A stretch of DNA of 64,000 nt from Lama glama (Eukaryota), in NCBI GenBank assembly GCA_028534125.1, contig CM052825.1, positions 6,634,001-6,698,000 of the forward strand, in the 5' to 3' direction. The translations under genes were made by a program, and so were the position numbers. The notes below the pieces were generated by a model. That model ran no database searches. It saw nothing but the letters and a program-made list of their open reading frames with translations, and had not been told where the DNA came from. Below are positions 1 to 13,887 of the stretch, in pieces. How positions within the stretch are numbered: position 1 is the stretch's first letter; every line of letters begins with the position of its first letter.

Positions 1-1475
1 CACAGCAAAGTCGGATTGCCATAAAAGTTTCTAAACACTTACTCTCCATTTCGGTGCTCGTCTCACTGTGTACCAGCAACAGTGTGTGAATTGGCATCAG
101 TCTGTGGAGCACAGTCTGAACCAGACTGGTTTGGACAGCATGTTCCTCTCAAAGAAGCTGGCGGGAGGATGCTCACTGGGGCCCCGGGGCCACTGGCCAA
201 TCCACCAGAAGTCAGGGGAAGTGAAGAACTCACTTTACAGCATTACACAAGCCAAACACACAGAAAGGAGTCTCTTCTTTGCCCACAAAACTCCACATTC
301 TTCGATGGCAAAGGCCTGCCCCCTGGGGCTGCAGCTGCCACTGGTTCCCACCCCAGTTTAGGCCAGATCGGGACCTGCAGCAGTGCACTTCCCAGGGGTG
401 GGGGTGAGGGTGACATCGAGGATGGTGGCGTTCCACACCCCGGCTCTCTGCTGTCACAGGGACCTGTGCAGTGCTGGCCTCCCCGACCCCTTCATCAGCC
501 TTGCTCAGAAGTGCATGCACCCAGCAGAAAAGCTTCCATAACTATTCAGGAGCTGTGATTACTTTTATTTTTATTTTTTTAATGACTACTTTTAAAACTT
601 GAAAAAAGTACTGCTTTCATCCTTGGGAAGCGGAATTATGGATTTGACTTTAAAAAAAAATGCCTTGTCCCTGTTTTGCATATTTTCCAGGATGAGCAAA
701 TCTTGGGGTGTAGGGAGTCAGTTCTTTAAAACATCAATTATCAGAAGTGTTCCTACGCAAAGGAACCCCAAGTATGCATCTTCAACATTTTCAAACTCTT
801 TTTTTTTTAAATGCTGACTCAGAATCAACTTGTCAGACAGTATCTCAGCTTCTAGATCACACAGTAATGAATCAGAAGGACACTGAGGTAGAAAACCTGA
901 ATGCTTCTGACCAGTCCAGGAGCCTCCTCGGAGCCTTCCCCTCCGGCATCCCCAGCCATCAGCAGGGCTCTTTCTGTCACCTCCTTCAGGGTTTTGCTCA
1001 AATGTCGCCCTCCCAATGAGGTTCTTCCTGACCATCTTATTAAAAACTCCAACTGCCGCTTCACTGCTTCGGTCTTTCCGTGGTGCTAATTCCCATCCGG
1101 CCCGCTTTGTGCCACTAATAAACGTATTTGAGGCATCCCACCCTCCCTGCCCCGTACCACTGGACGGGAAGCCCTATAAGGACAGGGTGTTCGGTCCTTT
1201 TTTTCCCTCCAGTGTGCCTGGTACGTGGTGGGTGCTCAGTAAATGCTCGTGGAACAGAGGAGTCCGGGCGGCAGCTTCCCGTGCAGATAGGCAGATGGTG
1301 CGGGGAGGGCGATCGGCCGGTCCAGTCCACGCAGAGGCAGCAGGGGGTGTTGTTTCATCCACATCACCGTCCACATTCTCCCAGGTGCCTGGTTTTTGCC
1401 TCGGTTGCCAGCACTGCTAGCCCCAAGCACCCGTCCGAAGCTGTGCAGTTTCGTCATTTCCTCNNNNNNNNNNNN

Positions 1476-1664
1476 NNNNNNNNNNNNNNNNNNNNNNNNN
1501 NNNNNNNNNNNNNNNNNNNNNNNNNNNNNNNNNNNNNNNNNNNNNNNNNNNNNNNNNNNNNNNNNNNNNNNNNNNNNNNNNNNNNNNNNNNNNNNNNNNN
1601 NNNNNNNNNNNGCCAGATCTCCCAGCTCGAGCAGCAGCTGAGTGCCAAGAACAGCACCCTCAAA
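1476..1664 (+). CDS. CUX1: CUX1 exon 11 (coiled coil; only 1612-1664 is visible)
   Basis: The visible part translates QISQLEQQLSAKNSTLK, followed by donor AAA|GTAAGG at 1665. Start 1476 is inferred from the 63-codon human exon and lies inside N-run 1464-1611, just after a pyrimidine tract. Confidence 0.85.
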
Positions 1665-4600
1665 GTAAGGGCGCCGGAGGGGTGGGGGGCCGGGGGTCCA
1701 GGGGAGGGCCGCAGTGCACTCGCACAGCCTCGGCCTAACCCCGTGCTCCGCCTGCACTGACACCCTGAGCTCCTCAGTGGGCCACTTCGGACCCCACATC
1801 TGGGGCACGCACTGGATGCAGTGACGGAGGCAGGAGGCCTCGCCTCAGAAGCCACCTCATGCGCCCCACTGTAGCCCTCGCACGAGTATATATCTGCTGT
1901 CTGCAAAGGTGATGGTTAAAATTTCTCCTCCTTTAAAAACAAAAGTGACTGCTGGGGTTTTATCTCAGTCAAGCTCCAGCTGTCAACCAAAGTCCTTCCC
2001 TCCAGTGAGAACCAGATAAGGAGGCATGAGGTTCCCCTGGACACGTCATCACTCAGGAGCTCCATGAGGGCTCTTGTTGGAGGACACTTTATCTGGGATT
2101 GACAGCAAACATGGCAGCCTTGACCTCTGGTGTAGCAGCTGGAAGCAGAGTCCTAGAGCCCAAAGCAGCGAGATGGACAGGCTTTGACCCCTCCTGTCAG
2201 CTCTGGCCAGGGTGGCCCGTCCCTCCTGGTTGTCTGTCCCTCACAGGCAACACATGGAAACCCCCCGTCCTCAGTGCTCACCCACCCCCAGCATCACCAA
2301 ACCCCCAAGAACTCAGAGACCGTCGGTGCTGGGTCCGGAAGCCCTGTGTGCTTGCTAGGGGGCAGGGTGGCTGTGAGCGTGCAGGCCGTCCAGACTGCTG
2401 GCCTTCCCGGGCTCTCGGAGGAGCCTGCTGGCAGGGGGACCCAGCACGCTGAGAGACTCCAGCCCATCCTGTGCCCCAAGAAGATGAAAGCCAGGGGTCT
2501 GCTGAGGGCACGTCTGCTCCGAGCCCCGTGGGCCCTGCTCCCAAGCTGCAGGGATGAGTTTTGACCCTCAGGCCTGTGCTGCAGGCCAGGGCCCAAAGCG
2601 TGGTGTTGCTTCAGCACAGGGAGCCCCCATGATCAGTCTCTTATCTCCCAGACTGAGTCATCAGCCGCCTTGCCAAAAGCTAGATCCTCCTTGGGCTTCC
2701 CATAAATTCATATCCCAGATGCACAACCCAGAACCTTTTACATTATCATTTTTTAATTATGCTTTATTTAAGGTATTTCCAATCTGTTGAAGTTAGCATG
2801 ATTTGAAGATAGTTTTGGCACTCTAGTTTCACGTGTCAAAGCCAGAAGGGACTCCTCGGTGGCATCTTATTTGACGAAGAAGAGACAGGACCAGCGAGGG
2901 TGTGGGCACCTCCTCCGTCTGCCCACCCCCCCCACCCCCCGCCCCCGCTCAGCCTCCATTTGCGGCAGGTGTGAATGAATAAGTGACCAACTGCCAATTA
3001 TAGTCACTGCACTGAAGAAACTGGATCAGAGTTAGTTGTAAAAATGTCAGGAAAACTTCTCCTTGTACAAAGTAGTTCTAGAATGTGGCTAGGCCCATTT
3101 TGATTTTTTTTTTTTTGAGGGTTTTTTTTCCCCCTCAACACATGACCGTGTTTCTTGGTTCTTGGGCAGAACTAAGTCGCCAGCAAGTCTGTCCTGGCAG
3201 CTCGCTGGCCTGACGTCGCTGGCGCCAGTGCACCCCGGGCTCAGCCTCACTAGATTCTTCCTTGCCTCTCTGGGGTGGATTTTACCTGCAGCCTGAGAAA
3301 TTGCCGGGTGCCCGGGCCCCTCTGAGGAGACGGTGCTGCCAGCTCTGGGGAGAAGCTGAGACCTGGCGTTCATCTCTCCAGTGTTTTTCTGTTCTCTTTT
3401 CAGCCTGCCCAGTGAGTGCAGTACTCACTTTTTAGTTCAGATTAAATCTCATTTTGTCATGTTCTAGCCACTTCTGACGCTCGCCGGCATTGATCATATT
3501 AGACCATTCGCCTTCCCCTCCTCTGCCACAGTTAAAAGATGCAATGCAATACACGATGAGTTTGACTGCAGGAGAGGGAGGCTGAAGACCTTACATTTTT
3601 TATTATAGAGCAATTTCTTCTGAATCAGTTAAGGTTTTAATGTTTGCCTTCACGAAAAATGAAACGCAGTTTCACAAATTAATGTTCTTTATCCGTATCT
3701 TGGGGGAATTCTTTAATACCGTACAGTTAATGAAACAATTCGGCGATACTTCTTCCAAAATTATTACTCCCTTATCTTCATCTGATCTAATAATCAAAAC
3801 ATATCCTCTAGTAACAAGACTTCTCTGATTTTAATTATCTTAACCCCTTGTCGCCAGCAGTGAAGCTTTCCCTGATATCGGACCAGCACGCAAAAGGCAT
3901 CAGCCTTCCCCAAACGAGCACGTCTGCCTCGCTCACCCCAAGGAATAAGGTTAATTGAATGAGATACTTCCCAAGGCTTTTTTTTTTCCTAACGTGTGTA
4001 ATTTGTAGTCTCAAATCTAAACTAAGCAGCGGAACAATTATTCGGAAACTACTTCATGAATGAGACCTGTCAAACTGGCAACCTGATGCTTTCGAGACTG
4101 GGGGTCTCGGGCCCCACAGTGGTGGCCGCTCAGGGCAGCCGGGAGCCACCCCTGAACTTCACAGTTCCTCCTCCTCCCTACTTCCTGCCGTCCCGCTTCC
4201 CTGGTCTTCTCCTTCTTGGACAGTGTTGTTCAGCTCTGGGGGACTCTGGGACACTCTGCGCAGGGCTCAAGTTGGGCTCCAGCCGTGTCTCGGTGCGGTG
4301 GGTGGTTTCACCGTGGACGCTGATGGTGGCCTTTGAAATAAATGCTAATGTGCTCCGTGACAGTCACTCCGGGGTGGGGACTGGTCTCACAAGGGCAGAA
4401 GGCATCACGGACAGCCTTGAGTTTATTGAGAGTCTCGGGTTTACGGGGGTTTCTCTGCCAGTACACCCTAGGGGTAAACTCTGAAATGGGATGTACTTGG
4501 GAACTGATTGTTTTGTTTTCCCAAGCACCTTGAAACTCTTCTGCCCTTTGTGACTAGTATTTCTTCCCTTCCCCAAAATAACTGATTTATAGTTGTGAGG

Positions 4601-7539
4601 ATAGGTTACCAGTTGGATGTGTGCCAGTCTCTCCCTCCGTGCTCCACTTGTCCAAGCCGAGTTCACCATCGCTATCCACATACGGTGGTGTGGCCTCTAG
4701 CCTTCAGATAGATGTCGAAGCAGAGTCAGAAGCGGGAGATGCTGCTTCCTGCCCATTCTGATAAGTGCTTCTGCACCGCTGCACGTGCAAGGGAGAATTC
4801 TGTATTCATAATTAATGAAATAACCCGACTCACGTTACAAGGCTGCTGTTTCCGATAACACGATTCTGTGGTCCTCTGTTGGAAAACTTCAGTTCAGAGG
4901 CAGTGTCGTGAGACAGTCACCTGCGTTACACTCACCAGAGCACAGACGGTAATGCTACCAATAGCTCCGATTTAAAACGGATGTTTCTAAGAAAGGCTAG
5001 CGAAAAGAATGCCAGTCTTCCCTAGGGAGAAGTTATATTTTCTACAGATGCTTTAAAGACCAGTACTTCTCACTGGGTGGGTGGGCAGATGTGTTAGAAT
5101 CACCTGGGGGCCTTTTTCCAAACCGCACAAGCCTCCCCAACCCTCCGCAGCCCTCACTCCCCCTCTCCAGGTTCTGGTGGGTCCTTCTGAACCACCGTGG
5201 AGCACACTGTCCCTCGGGGTGGGGAACAGGAGAAAAGACTGACGGCCACTTCTGTGTACTCATTCAGTGCCTTTAATTCTGGACGCTGCCTCTTTGGTTA
5301 CATAAGTTCCCTCACTCAGCCCTGTGTTTCTTCTGCACCAAGGCTGCCCGTGACTGCATTTCAATGAGCATCTTATCACTGGCTCTATATGAAGCTCTCA
5401 CATCCGCGTCTTGTTTGATGCTTACTGGCAAGCGGGTGTGATGACGATCACTGTCTCTGGGAGGAAGTGGCTGAAGTTAGGAGAGGCGGGGCCTGGTGCT
5501 GTCCAGCCTGTGGCTGTAGAGGGGGGCCTCCACTGCCCCCGCCGCCCTGGACAGTGCAAGCAAGTCCTAACATCAAACGTCCCGGTGTCAGAGAGCCCAG
5601 GGGCCGAGCCTGCCAGAGCCTTGTCCTGCCTGGAAGGAGTGAGCCTTCCATGGGGAGGAGGAGCGGCGAGGGTAGCCCTGGGCCAGGGAGGCAGTAGTAG
5701 AGAGGCCTCAAAGGGAAGAAACCGAGGGGCTTTGTGTTAGAGGCCTTGAGGTCCTATCAGGATTGAGGCTGGAGCTGGAGGTCCTACGTGGGTCCCTATG
5801 AAATCACTGTAAACCAGTGGCTCTTACTGGAAATGCTTTAGGGAGATCACTGTCTGTGGGAATCTACGAAGAATTAGACACACATGCCCCTGGTCACTAG
5901 GTGAGGTAATCTAGATCATCACCTGCAGACAGTCCCTAGCTCGTGTCACACTTAGCCGACCCTGCAACGTCCAGGTGGCCAAAATGTTGAGCCAGGACCA
6001 TTCCGGTCTGTGATGGCACCGTTCCACGAGAAGGAGCTGGCTCCTGTCTCCTGTGTCTGGTCACACCTGGATCACAGCTCGTGGAAGTTGGAAATGGAGG
6101 GTTGCCCTGCAAGGATGCCTCCTCTCCTGTCCCGAGCCACACTTCAGCGGGCAACCAGCCCTCCAAGGTCATGGTCACTCTCCCCACCCCCCATCTGGCA
6201 AGGGGGTGGGTCTCCTCTTTTTGTCTCGTGTCCTCGGCATCCCTGTAGCACAGGCAGAGCACCCACCCGGGCCTCCCTGGGCTCCTCCCCAGGCCCAGCA
6301 TCAGTGGACCCTAAACTGATGTAACTGCTGCCTCTCACCAAGTAACTGTGGAGACCAGAGGGGGTTCAGGTGAAAAGGAGGTGCACACTGCCTAGTTCTG
6401 GCCCCCAGAGCAGCAGTGTCAACCTTGGAACCCTGCCCTGGACCAGGGAGCCCAGTCATACTCACTCAGTTCTGACTGGCGGCCCCTCAGCCCGTGGATC
6501 CAGGTCAGGTGGGAATCACACACCCGTGTCCCTGGCCTGAGCGGTGGGTCTTCAGGTAGCCCTGCTGAAAGCCTGGCTCGGATCGTCTGGGAGGAAGAGA
6601 TGGAGCCGTCTGTAAACTGCAGCACAATCGCCTCTCCAGCCCTGTCTGTCGTGTGGCGGAGGTATTGTGGCCTTGACCCCTCGTTGTGCAACCCAGAGGA
6701 GGAGGCCTTTCAAGGGTCTCTACATTAGCCTCCGTGCCAGAGGTCCTTTCAGTTGGTAGCCCTAGAGCACGGAGAGCCCTGTGTTATGACTTGACTAAGA
6801 CGGGTATCTTCTATAAATCTAGTGCCTAATTTGCTGCACGCCAAAGTGCTTTGCATTTTAAACTAGATTATCTTATTATTGGCGTCGTAGCCAGGATTTT
6901 AAGACCATGGAGATAATTCCTCTGGCAATTTAAGAAACATTTGATGAGCACCTACTAAGTTCCTGGAACCACAGGTGTGCTTTATGAGTATTAAATGTAT
7001 GTGACCTACATCACACAACTATCCTGTTTGAGAGGCACCTGAAGTCTGCACTCGTGCATCCTACATTTCCTCACTGCTGTCCTTGGAAAACCCTTGTTCT
7101 TATCTCCCCATTTCCCAGATGAGGAGCATGAAGCCTGACAGGCTACGCCCATCACCCAGGGTCACACTCAGCCAGAGGGACTGACGGGCAGCCCACCTCC
7201 GCACCTTGACCCTTTCTCCTCTCTCTGAATGGGGCCCACGTGTGCTGCTTCACATGAGTCCTTTTTCAGGAGGACCCGCTTCCCAGATTCTGTGTTGAGG
7301 GCACTGGATACAGGGCTGCCTTTCCTGCCATCAGCGTCTTTAACAGCCAGAGCGGCTCCAGGCCTCTGGCCTCCTCCGAGGGTCTGCCGCAGCGGGGACA
7401 CTGGGAGACAACAAACTGGGCTGTGGAGAGCTTCATAAACGGAGCCCTGGATTCAGAAGCACAGCATGTCTTCAGGAACAACACAGTTGTATTCAGTACC
7501 ACCCACCAGGGACAGAATCGTCATAACTACTGTAATGGC

Positions 7540-7920
7540 AGTAACCACCGTTAACGGGTGCTTTGCCACGTGCAGGTCGCCAGGCGAAGCACTCCATGTT
7601 ACGCTTGGCCCTGGGTCTGCAGGTTCCACGTCCACCGATTCGGAAGTCGACTGTACTACACCCTTCTGTTCAAGGGACTTGAGCATCCACGGACTTTGAG
7701 ACTACGGGGGTCCTGGAGCCAGTCCCCCGTGGGTACCGAGGGATGACTGTACTTTATTTAATCCTCACAAGAGCACTGTCCCGTAGGTGCCGTTATAGAT
7801 GAAGGTGCTGAGGCTCAGGGAAGTTAAGTGTCTTGTCCACGGTCACCCCGCAGCTAAGTGGCAGAGCCAGACGTGGCCCTGATCTGTCGGGCCCCAGCCC
7901 ACCAGTGCTTCACTGCCTCC
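7540..7920 (-). mobile_element. MIR SINE interrupted by the Tigger-like element
   Basis: tttaatcctcacaa...agatgaagg.gctgaggctcagggaagttaagtgtcttgtcc..ggtcac...gctaagtggcagagcc is the MIR core. Confidence 0.75.
7602..7749. mobile_element. Short MER2/MER8-like (TcMar-Tigger) non-autonomous DNA transposon
   Basis: gggacttgagcatccacgga...gggggtcctggagccagtcccccgtgggtaccgagggatgactg matches the Tigger-MITE end as I recall it. Flanked by TA on both sides. Confidence 0.75.
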
Positions 7921-10360
7921 ACATTCTGCCAGCGGCTGGGGCAGCCTTAGCTCTGCCAAGGTGTGCGCTGCACAACTCCAGTGGTTTTTTTCTTTCCTTG
8001 GAGGAAGAGACAGATGCTCTGCAGATGTGTGGCCATAATTAAGTAAGATGGCATGTGGGATGTGGAGCCGAGCCTGGAATCCGGCCCGCGGTTCAGCAAG
8101 CATTAGCGAAACCTGAGGGAAGTCTCTCCAGAGACAGTGACCCCCAGGAGCACCTGCCGCCCTTTCCAGTCCAGGAGCCTCTGGAACTCGACCTGCTGTG
8201 CATGTCTGGTCAACGAACCGAGCTGAGGGCCCTTGGTCTTTTTCCAGTGCTGGGCCCCAGGCCACGTGCCTCCCACCCGTGTGGCCACCGCAGGTGTGGT
8301 TCTGAGACAGTGCTCTGCGGGGTCGTTTGTCAGGAGAGCTCGTGGGGATGGGCTTTGGGAGGCGGCCCTGCCAGGCCCCCATCCAGGTGTCCTGATGAAG
8401 AGGTTTGCAGATTCCGTCTTCGGTGCTTCCTGATTCAGTTGCCCCCAAGGAGATGGCAGAAATTTCAGTGGAAGCTGTTTAGTTCTCAGTGAAAACTATT
8501 ACTTGACCAAGTTAAACAGATTCTAGTCCTCAAACCTGCTGATCCGGGCCAGTCACAGGTCTGCAAAGAAGACCTGCAGCGGGGCTCTTGGGGAGCCCAC
8601 CCCAGGACTTGGCAGCAGCGCGGTCCTGCAGGGAAGGCCCCGCGGTGCCAGCATCTGCCCCGGCTTTTTGTCCTGCCTTTGTTCAGCTCGTGGAGGTCAT
8701 TGCTGCTGCTCCCACTGCACGGACGAGCCGTTGATTCACAGGTCCAAGGGGCCAGCCGTGAGTGACAGACCGGCTCTGCGTTCCGGGCCGGGCCAGGTTC
8801 AGAAGTGCTCCGTGTCGTCCCTTCCTCCTGTCTGCCTCCTGTGCTCTGAACACGACCACATTTTCTGTGTGCGCTGCGTCCCAGAGTCGGTGAATTTCAC
8901 ACTCTGAAGGCGCTCCGTGCCCCGGCAGCCCCGGGTCAGCTTGTGTTCTGGAGGCCACCCGGCGTGCTTCTGCTGTCTGACCACAGGAGGATGAATGCAG
9001 TCACTTCTCCATGAGCACCTCCTGAAGATCTTTTGTCAGAAAACGAGTGCAGGCTACCCCCTGTTTGACTGTGATGAGAAACTGTGAGACATAAAGTTGG
9101 CAAGAGATCTTTAACAGAAACTAGGGCAGAGCCGTTCACGTAATGGGAAATACACACACAAGGAGCCACCAGCAAGGGCGAGAGGAAAAGGTGGGCTACG
9201 TGAGTTGAGTTGAGTGAACACCTGAGTTCTCAAAACCACAGGCCATGTGGGAATTGGGTGAGCATCAAGGCTGATGGGCCAGGTGGAACTCTCCTCCCCA
9301 AACTCTAGAATGCTCTCGGTCTGCTTTAATCTATGATCATAGACGTGGCTGGTCAGGTAGAGCTGAAAAAAGTAACTGGAAGCCCTGTGGATGGAGAGGG
9401 GCTGTTGACTCAAGAATTAGAATTTGTTCACCCCAGCCTTGGCAAGATGCTACATGGCCAAGAACCCCCGCTGGGCTGGGACTTTGTGTTTTGTGTCAAG
9501 CTGCCTCATTTCCCCCAAAGAGCTCGGTGGGGATGGTTAGGGGGTGGTAAAAAGCATCTTCATAGAAGGAAACACCCTGTGCCGACCACTCTACTCCAAA
9601 GGCTCTTCCTGACAAGGCGGCCTTGCAGGGCTCCGTGGGAACACCCGGTGGGCTCACAGGCTTGAGTGGCACATGTCAGAGCATCATCACACTGGGAAAC
9701 GTGCGGTCGCGCCCGTCAGCCCCTGGGGCTCACACAAAGGCCCCAGGCCTTCCGTCTGAAGGGCACTCTAGGGCCAGGAAGTCAGCTGTGCTCGGCCGTG
9801 GCCCTGCTGGCCAGGGTGCCCTGGGAGGACCCTCCCTGCAGGACTCAGACAACCATCTGTCAGGGAAACCACTGACCGCCCAGCTGAATGGCCTCCACTC
9901 TTAAAACCCCCATGTCTGGAGGGATCCAACCAGAAGTACAAACGTGTCTTTCCTGGTGCCCACTGGATGCCAGCCTCAGCGACAAAGGGGCTGTGTCTCT
10001 TGTCAGCAGGTTCCCACTGAAGGTGTTGACAACCGACTATGCATGTCAGCTGGCCTCGCGCAGTTTGTGAAAAGCCACACACTGCTTTTAAAACACCAGG
10101 GGTGCATCTCTTCATCCTGTTCGCCATTTTGTGGGATTTGATCCCAAATGGCCTCCTCCTTATTCTGCTTTCCACTTTTGTAAAGCTTTTTCCTTCTGCT
10201 TTCATTAGGTTTTACATTACCTTATGGTTGCCGTGTGTGTGGGGGGGGGTGGCCAGACGAGTGAAGGACAAGGGACACCACCACTGTTGTCACCTTTCAC
10301 TGTGTGTGTCTGGCTCCCTCAGGGACACCAGATGCTTTACAGGGAATGTAGTCAGTGGAG

Positions 10361-10720
10361 TGTCTTAGCCCACTGGGGCCACCGTGACAGAATACCATAG
10401 ACCAGGTGCTATAAACAAAAAACTCTTACTTCTCACAGTTCTGGAGGTTGGAAGTCCAAGATCGAGGCACCAGCAAATTCGGTGTCTGGTGAGGGCTCCG
10501 TTCCTGGTTCACAGACGGCCTTTTTCTCACTGTGGCTTCACCTGGTGGAAACAGTGAAGGAGCTCTCTGGGGTCTCTTTTAAGGCACTAATCCCATTTGT
10601 GAGGGCCCCACCCTTATGACCACATCACCTCTCATAGGTCCCACCCCCTAATGCCATCACCTCGGGGCTTAGGATCTGAACATTTGAATTTGATGGGGAC
10701 ACAACTTTCAGTCCATGGCA
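10361..10720 (-). mobile_element. Solo MaLR LTR, MLT1A-like
   Basis: TG...CA termini and the diagnostic ttctcacagttctggagg.tggaagtccaagatc and gggggacacaa...cagtccat segments; about 360 nt. Confidence 0.85.
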
Positions 10721-10776
10721 AAGCCCGTAGACCTATTTTGGACACAACCACTAACAAAATCCCTCTCTATTTTCAG

Positions 10777-10835
10777 CAACTGGAAGAAAAACTCAAAGGA
10801 CAGGCTGACTATGAAGAGGTGAAGAAAGAACTAAA
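10777..10835 (+). CDS. CUX1: CUX1 exon 12 ([20 protein letters not shown]), 59 nt
   Basis: Branch-like ACTAAC at 10750, acceptor tttcag|, donor |gtaagt; phase 0 to 2. Confidence 0.97.
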
Positions 10836-11149
10836 GTAAGTGTGGAGGTGCCAGCTCGGCCATTCACAAGCCAGGGCTCACTGGGGACATTTGCTCAGGA
10901 AACACCGGGCCAGCCAGGGGGCGGCTGCAGGGTCCTTGATGGGCCATGTCCCGAGCCGCCCAGCAGTGCGGCTGTTTGCACTCAGGCCTGTGCCTGAATT
11001 CTTTGGACTGTTTATAAAACTCTGTGTGTAAAAATTGCCAATATGCACAGAATCAGAAGAGATACTGCCCTTAGAGGAAATATAAAATATGAGCTTATTT
11101 TTTAGCTGTAAGGTCCCAAAACAGGAGGATAAGAGCAAGAAAATTCTCC

Positions 11150-12690
11150 AGTCTAAAGGGGGCTCGTGGCCTCGCACCTCCCTGGCCACCTAGACACTGG
11201 GGCCTTCTCCTCTCCACCTCCATCCAAGAGGCAACAGCTGGAAGCTTCTCCTCCCTTCAGTGCTAATGCTCACATTCTCACACTTAGAAGTTCCCTCCTC
11301 AGCCCCACAGCCCAGCCTGACCCTCCCGCCTCAAACTCCTTCCCCTGAGCTGCCCTTGGCCCTCCTAGAGTTCCCAGACACTGGTCCCTACCTGCCCCCG
11401 AGTCCAGCGCTGTCCAGACTCATGGGCAGCCCCCCACAGTGCACATGCCCACCCCCCCCCCCCGGCCTCATGCGTTACCTCACAGAGTCTCTCCTGGGCC
11501 TCCCTGCCTCCACGGCCAGGTTACCAAACACAGCAGAGGGAATCCCTGTGACGTGTGGCCCTGCCCTACCCTCTGTGCTCTTTCCTGGCCCCAGCTGCAC
11601 CCTGACCCCCCAGCAGACGCCCTAGTGCTCTGCTTCATGAAGGAGACAGATGCCCCGCAGCTGCCTTTACCTTGGAATTTACTCCTCTGGTCTTGGCTTC
11701 TCCGTCCTGTCTCTCCAGGCTGACCCCTCCACCCTGCTTCTTCCTGCTGTTCCATCAGCTTTTTTCTCCTGCTGACATTTTTAATTTTTCCTTTTAAAAT
11801 AAGCCTCCACCTACTCACCATGCTGTTCTTTATATTCTTAATTCCATTCCCTCGGGTTTGCTAAAAAAGCCCATTGGAAGGCCTCTTCGACCTCCTCGCC
11901 ACCACCGTCAGTAGCCTCCCTGGTGGGGTGACTCCGGGGGGCTCCCCTCACTTCTCTCCTGAGCAGCCTCACCCCCACAATGTGGACAGCCTCTGCCAGC
12001 ACCCCTTGGACACCCCCAGACTCTCTGCAGGTCCAGCCTCTTCAAGCTCTGTCCCCTCCCCCTACCCCACTTCCAACTTAGGGAGGTGAATTTTTTACTT
12101 ATGTACCTGCCTCCCCATCCCTTCGCCCAAGCCCCTGCTCTTCCCAAGCTGAGGTCGGCCCCACACCCCCTCCTCCGAGCTCACCTCTGTCCCCAGAGAC
12201 CCAATGCTTTTTGGCTGCGGTCTCGCCCCTCCGCAGACTGGCCCTCACCCTCCTCCCTGAACAGCCTTCCCGCATCCCCGCTGGCCCTTCTGCCACGTCT
12301 GCACACCACAGCCCCACCACGGTGGAGGCATCTGAAAACTCCATTCAGGTGGCTTTTCTGCTAAAATGTGTCCCTGGCTCCCCACTTCCTGGGGATCCCA
12401 GTGTCCTCTAGACATCTGCCAGCAGTCGGTTCTGGCCCATCTCAGCCCCAGGGTCCCTGCCCACCCCACCCGGGGTCTGCAAAGCCCCTGGACCCTTCAG
12501 GGCCCTTCTCAAACGCTGACAGCTCAAGACAGACCCGCCGCCCCACCCTGGTTTTCTCCTACTCATGCCGTTTGGGTTTTGTCTTCTACCCTGCACCTCC
12601 CGTAGGGTTCCTGAGGGTGAGTGGTTTTGACTCTGCACGGCGCCAGGCGGGTAATAGGCTGTCGCTAAATTTGTTGAGTAAATGAAGAGA
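11150..12690 (+). mobile_element. Highly decayed L2 LINE remnant
   Basis: C/T-rich body ending in an L2-type tail (...ggcgccaggc...aaatttgttgagtaaatgaa). The 5' boundary is uncertain. Confidence 0.45.
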
Positions 12691-13887
12691 CACTGATGTT
12701 TTTAGTATAAACTTAGGGACGCACTTAGTCTTTTCTTACATGATCCTAAAGCAGATCTCAGACAAGAATATAGTTGCGAACAACGTGACAGCCGCTAAGA
12801 AAAGGCAAGTTTGTCCAGACTGCTCGCCTGCCTCCCCTCCCCTCCCCTCCCCTCCCCTCCTCGTTGCAGTGGGACCCAGAGTCCTCATTATCCTCAGGAG
12901 CTGACCGCAAAACAAAACGATGAGTTTTACGCCCTGTCAGCTCCTCCTTGTTCCTGTCTTGTTGGTTTACGTGACAGGGGCCCTAGGAAGACACAACCTC
13001 AGAGAAACGAAGAGCGGTCAGCTCCTTACTGGAGCTCCCGGTGGCCAAGGCATACAGGGGTCTCGAGGTCCTGGGCATTTGTCCACACTGTGCTTTCTGG
13101 ACGGCACGGCTGGGAGAGAGCACGCAGGTGGCCCAGTGTGCCGGATGGAAGTGACCCTCGTTCTCGCCTTCCTGTCTCGAGTGTGCAAGGGGCACCCGGG
13201 CTTCTCAGGGCCACGTGGACCCACAGAAAGAAAGAAATGTCCACCTGGGCAGAGCCTGCAAGCAGTGCCGGGCATCCCGAACCCGCGCAGCTCTCAGACT
13301 TGTTGAAACAGGCCAAGCCAGAGTGGTTTCAGTGATAAGGAGAACAAAGGAGAAATCAGGATGGGTTCTTACACCCTTGTGGTGGCTCCTTCCCCAGCCT
13401 GGGGCTGCCGTGATGGTCTGCTGCCGCTTTGGGGCCACCCAGCTGTGGGATCTTGCCCCTTGCCAATCCCCCTGGGCCCCGGGTACCAGCTGCCAAGTGT
13501 GCGTGAGGGGTGGCGGTCGAGGGCAGAGGTTTCTCTCCCCACCTTCCTCATTACAGCTCTTTCGGCCCCGCTTAGCTTGACAAATCCGTCCCACTGGCGG
13601 CAATGTTATGTCTATGTTCAGCTCCGCTTTAAAATTATACTCTGAACAGACCTGGTGTGATTCCATATGGAATGATTTACATGCTGGGCAAGGAATTTTT
13701 GCTGGCCAACTGCTAGTTGAAGAGTTATCCCAGAGACGCTCTCAGATGATAAGGCTGCCAGGGAAGTTGTGAAAGTTGTCAGCTCCTCAGTTCCTGGAGA
13801 GCAGGGAACGCTGACGTGACCGCTCATTAGCGCGGCTGTGCTCGAAGGTCCGGGCAGGAGGTAACCGCTCTGTCTTGCTCTTCGCAG

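Noticed and set aside
1-1460. ORFs of 60-210 aa at the window start, and similar ORFs throughout the introns
   Set aside because: They show no recognisable homology, codon bias or exon structure, and are typical random ORFs of GC-rich intronic DNA.
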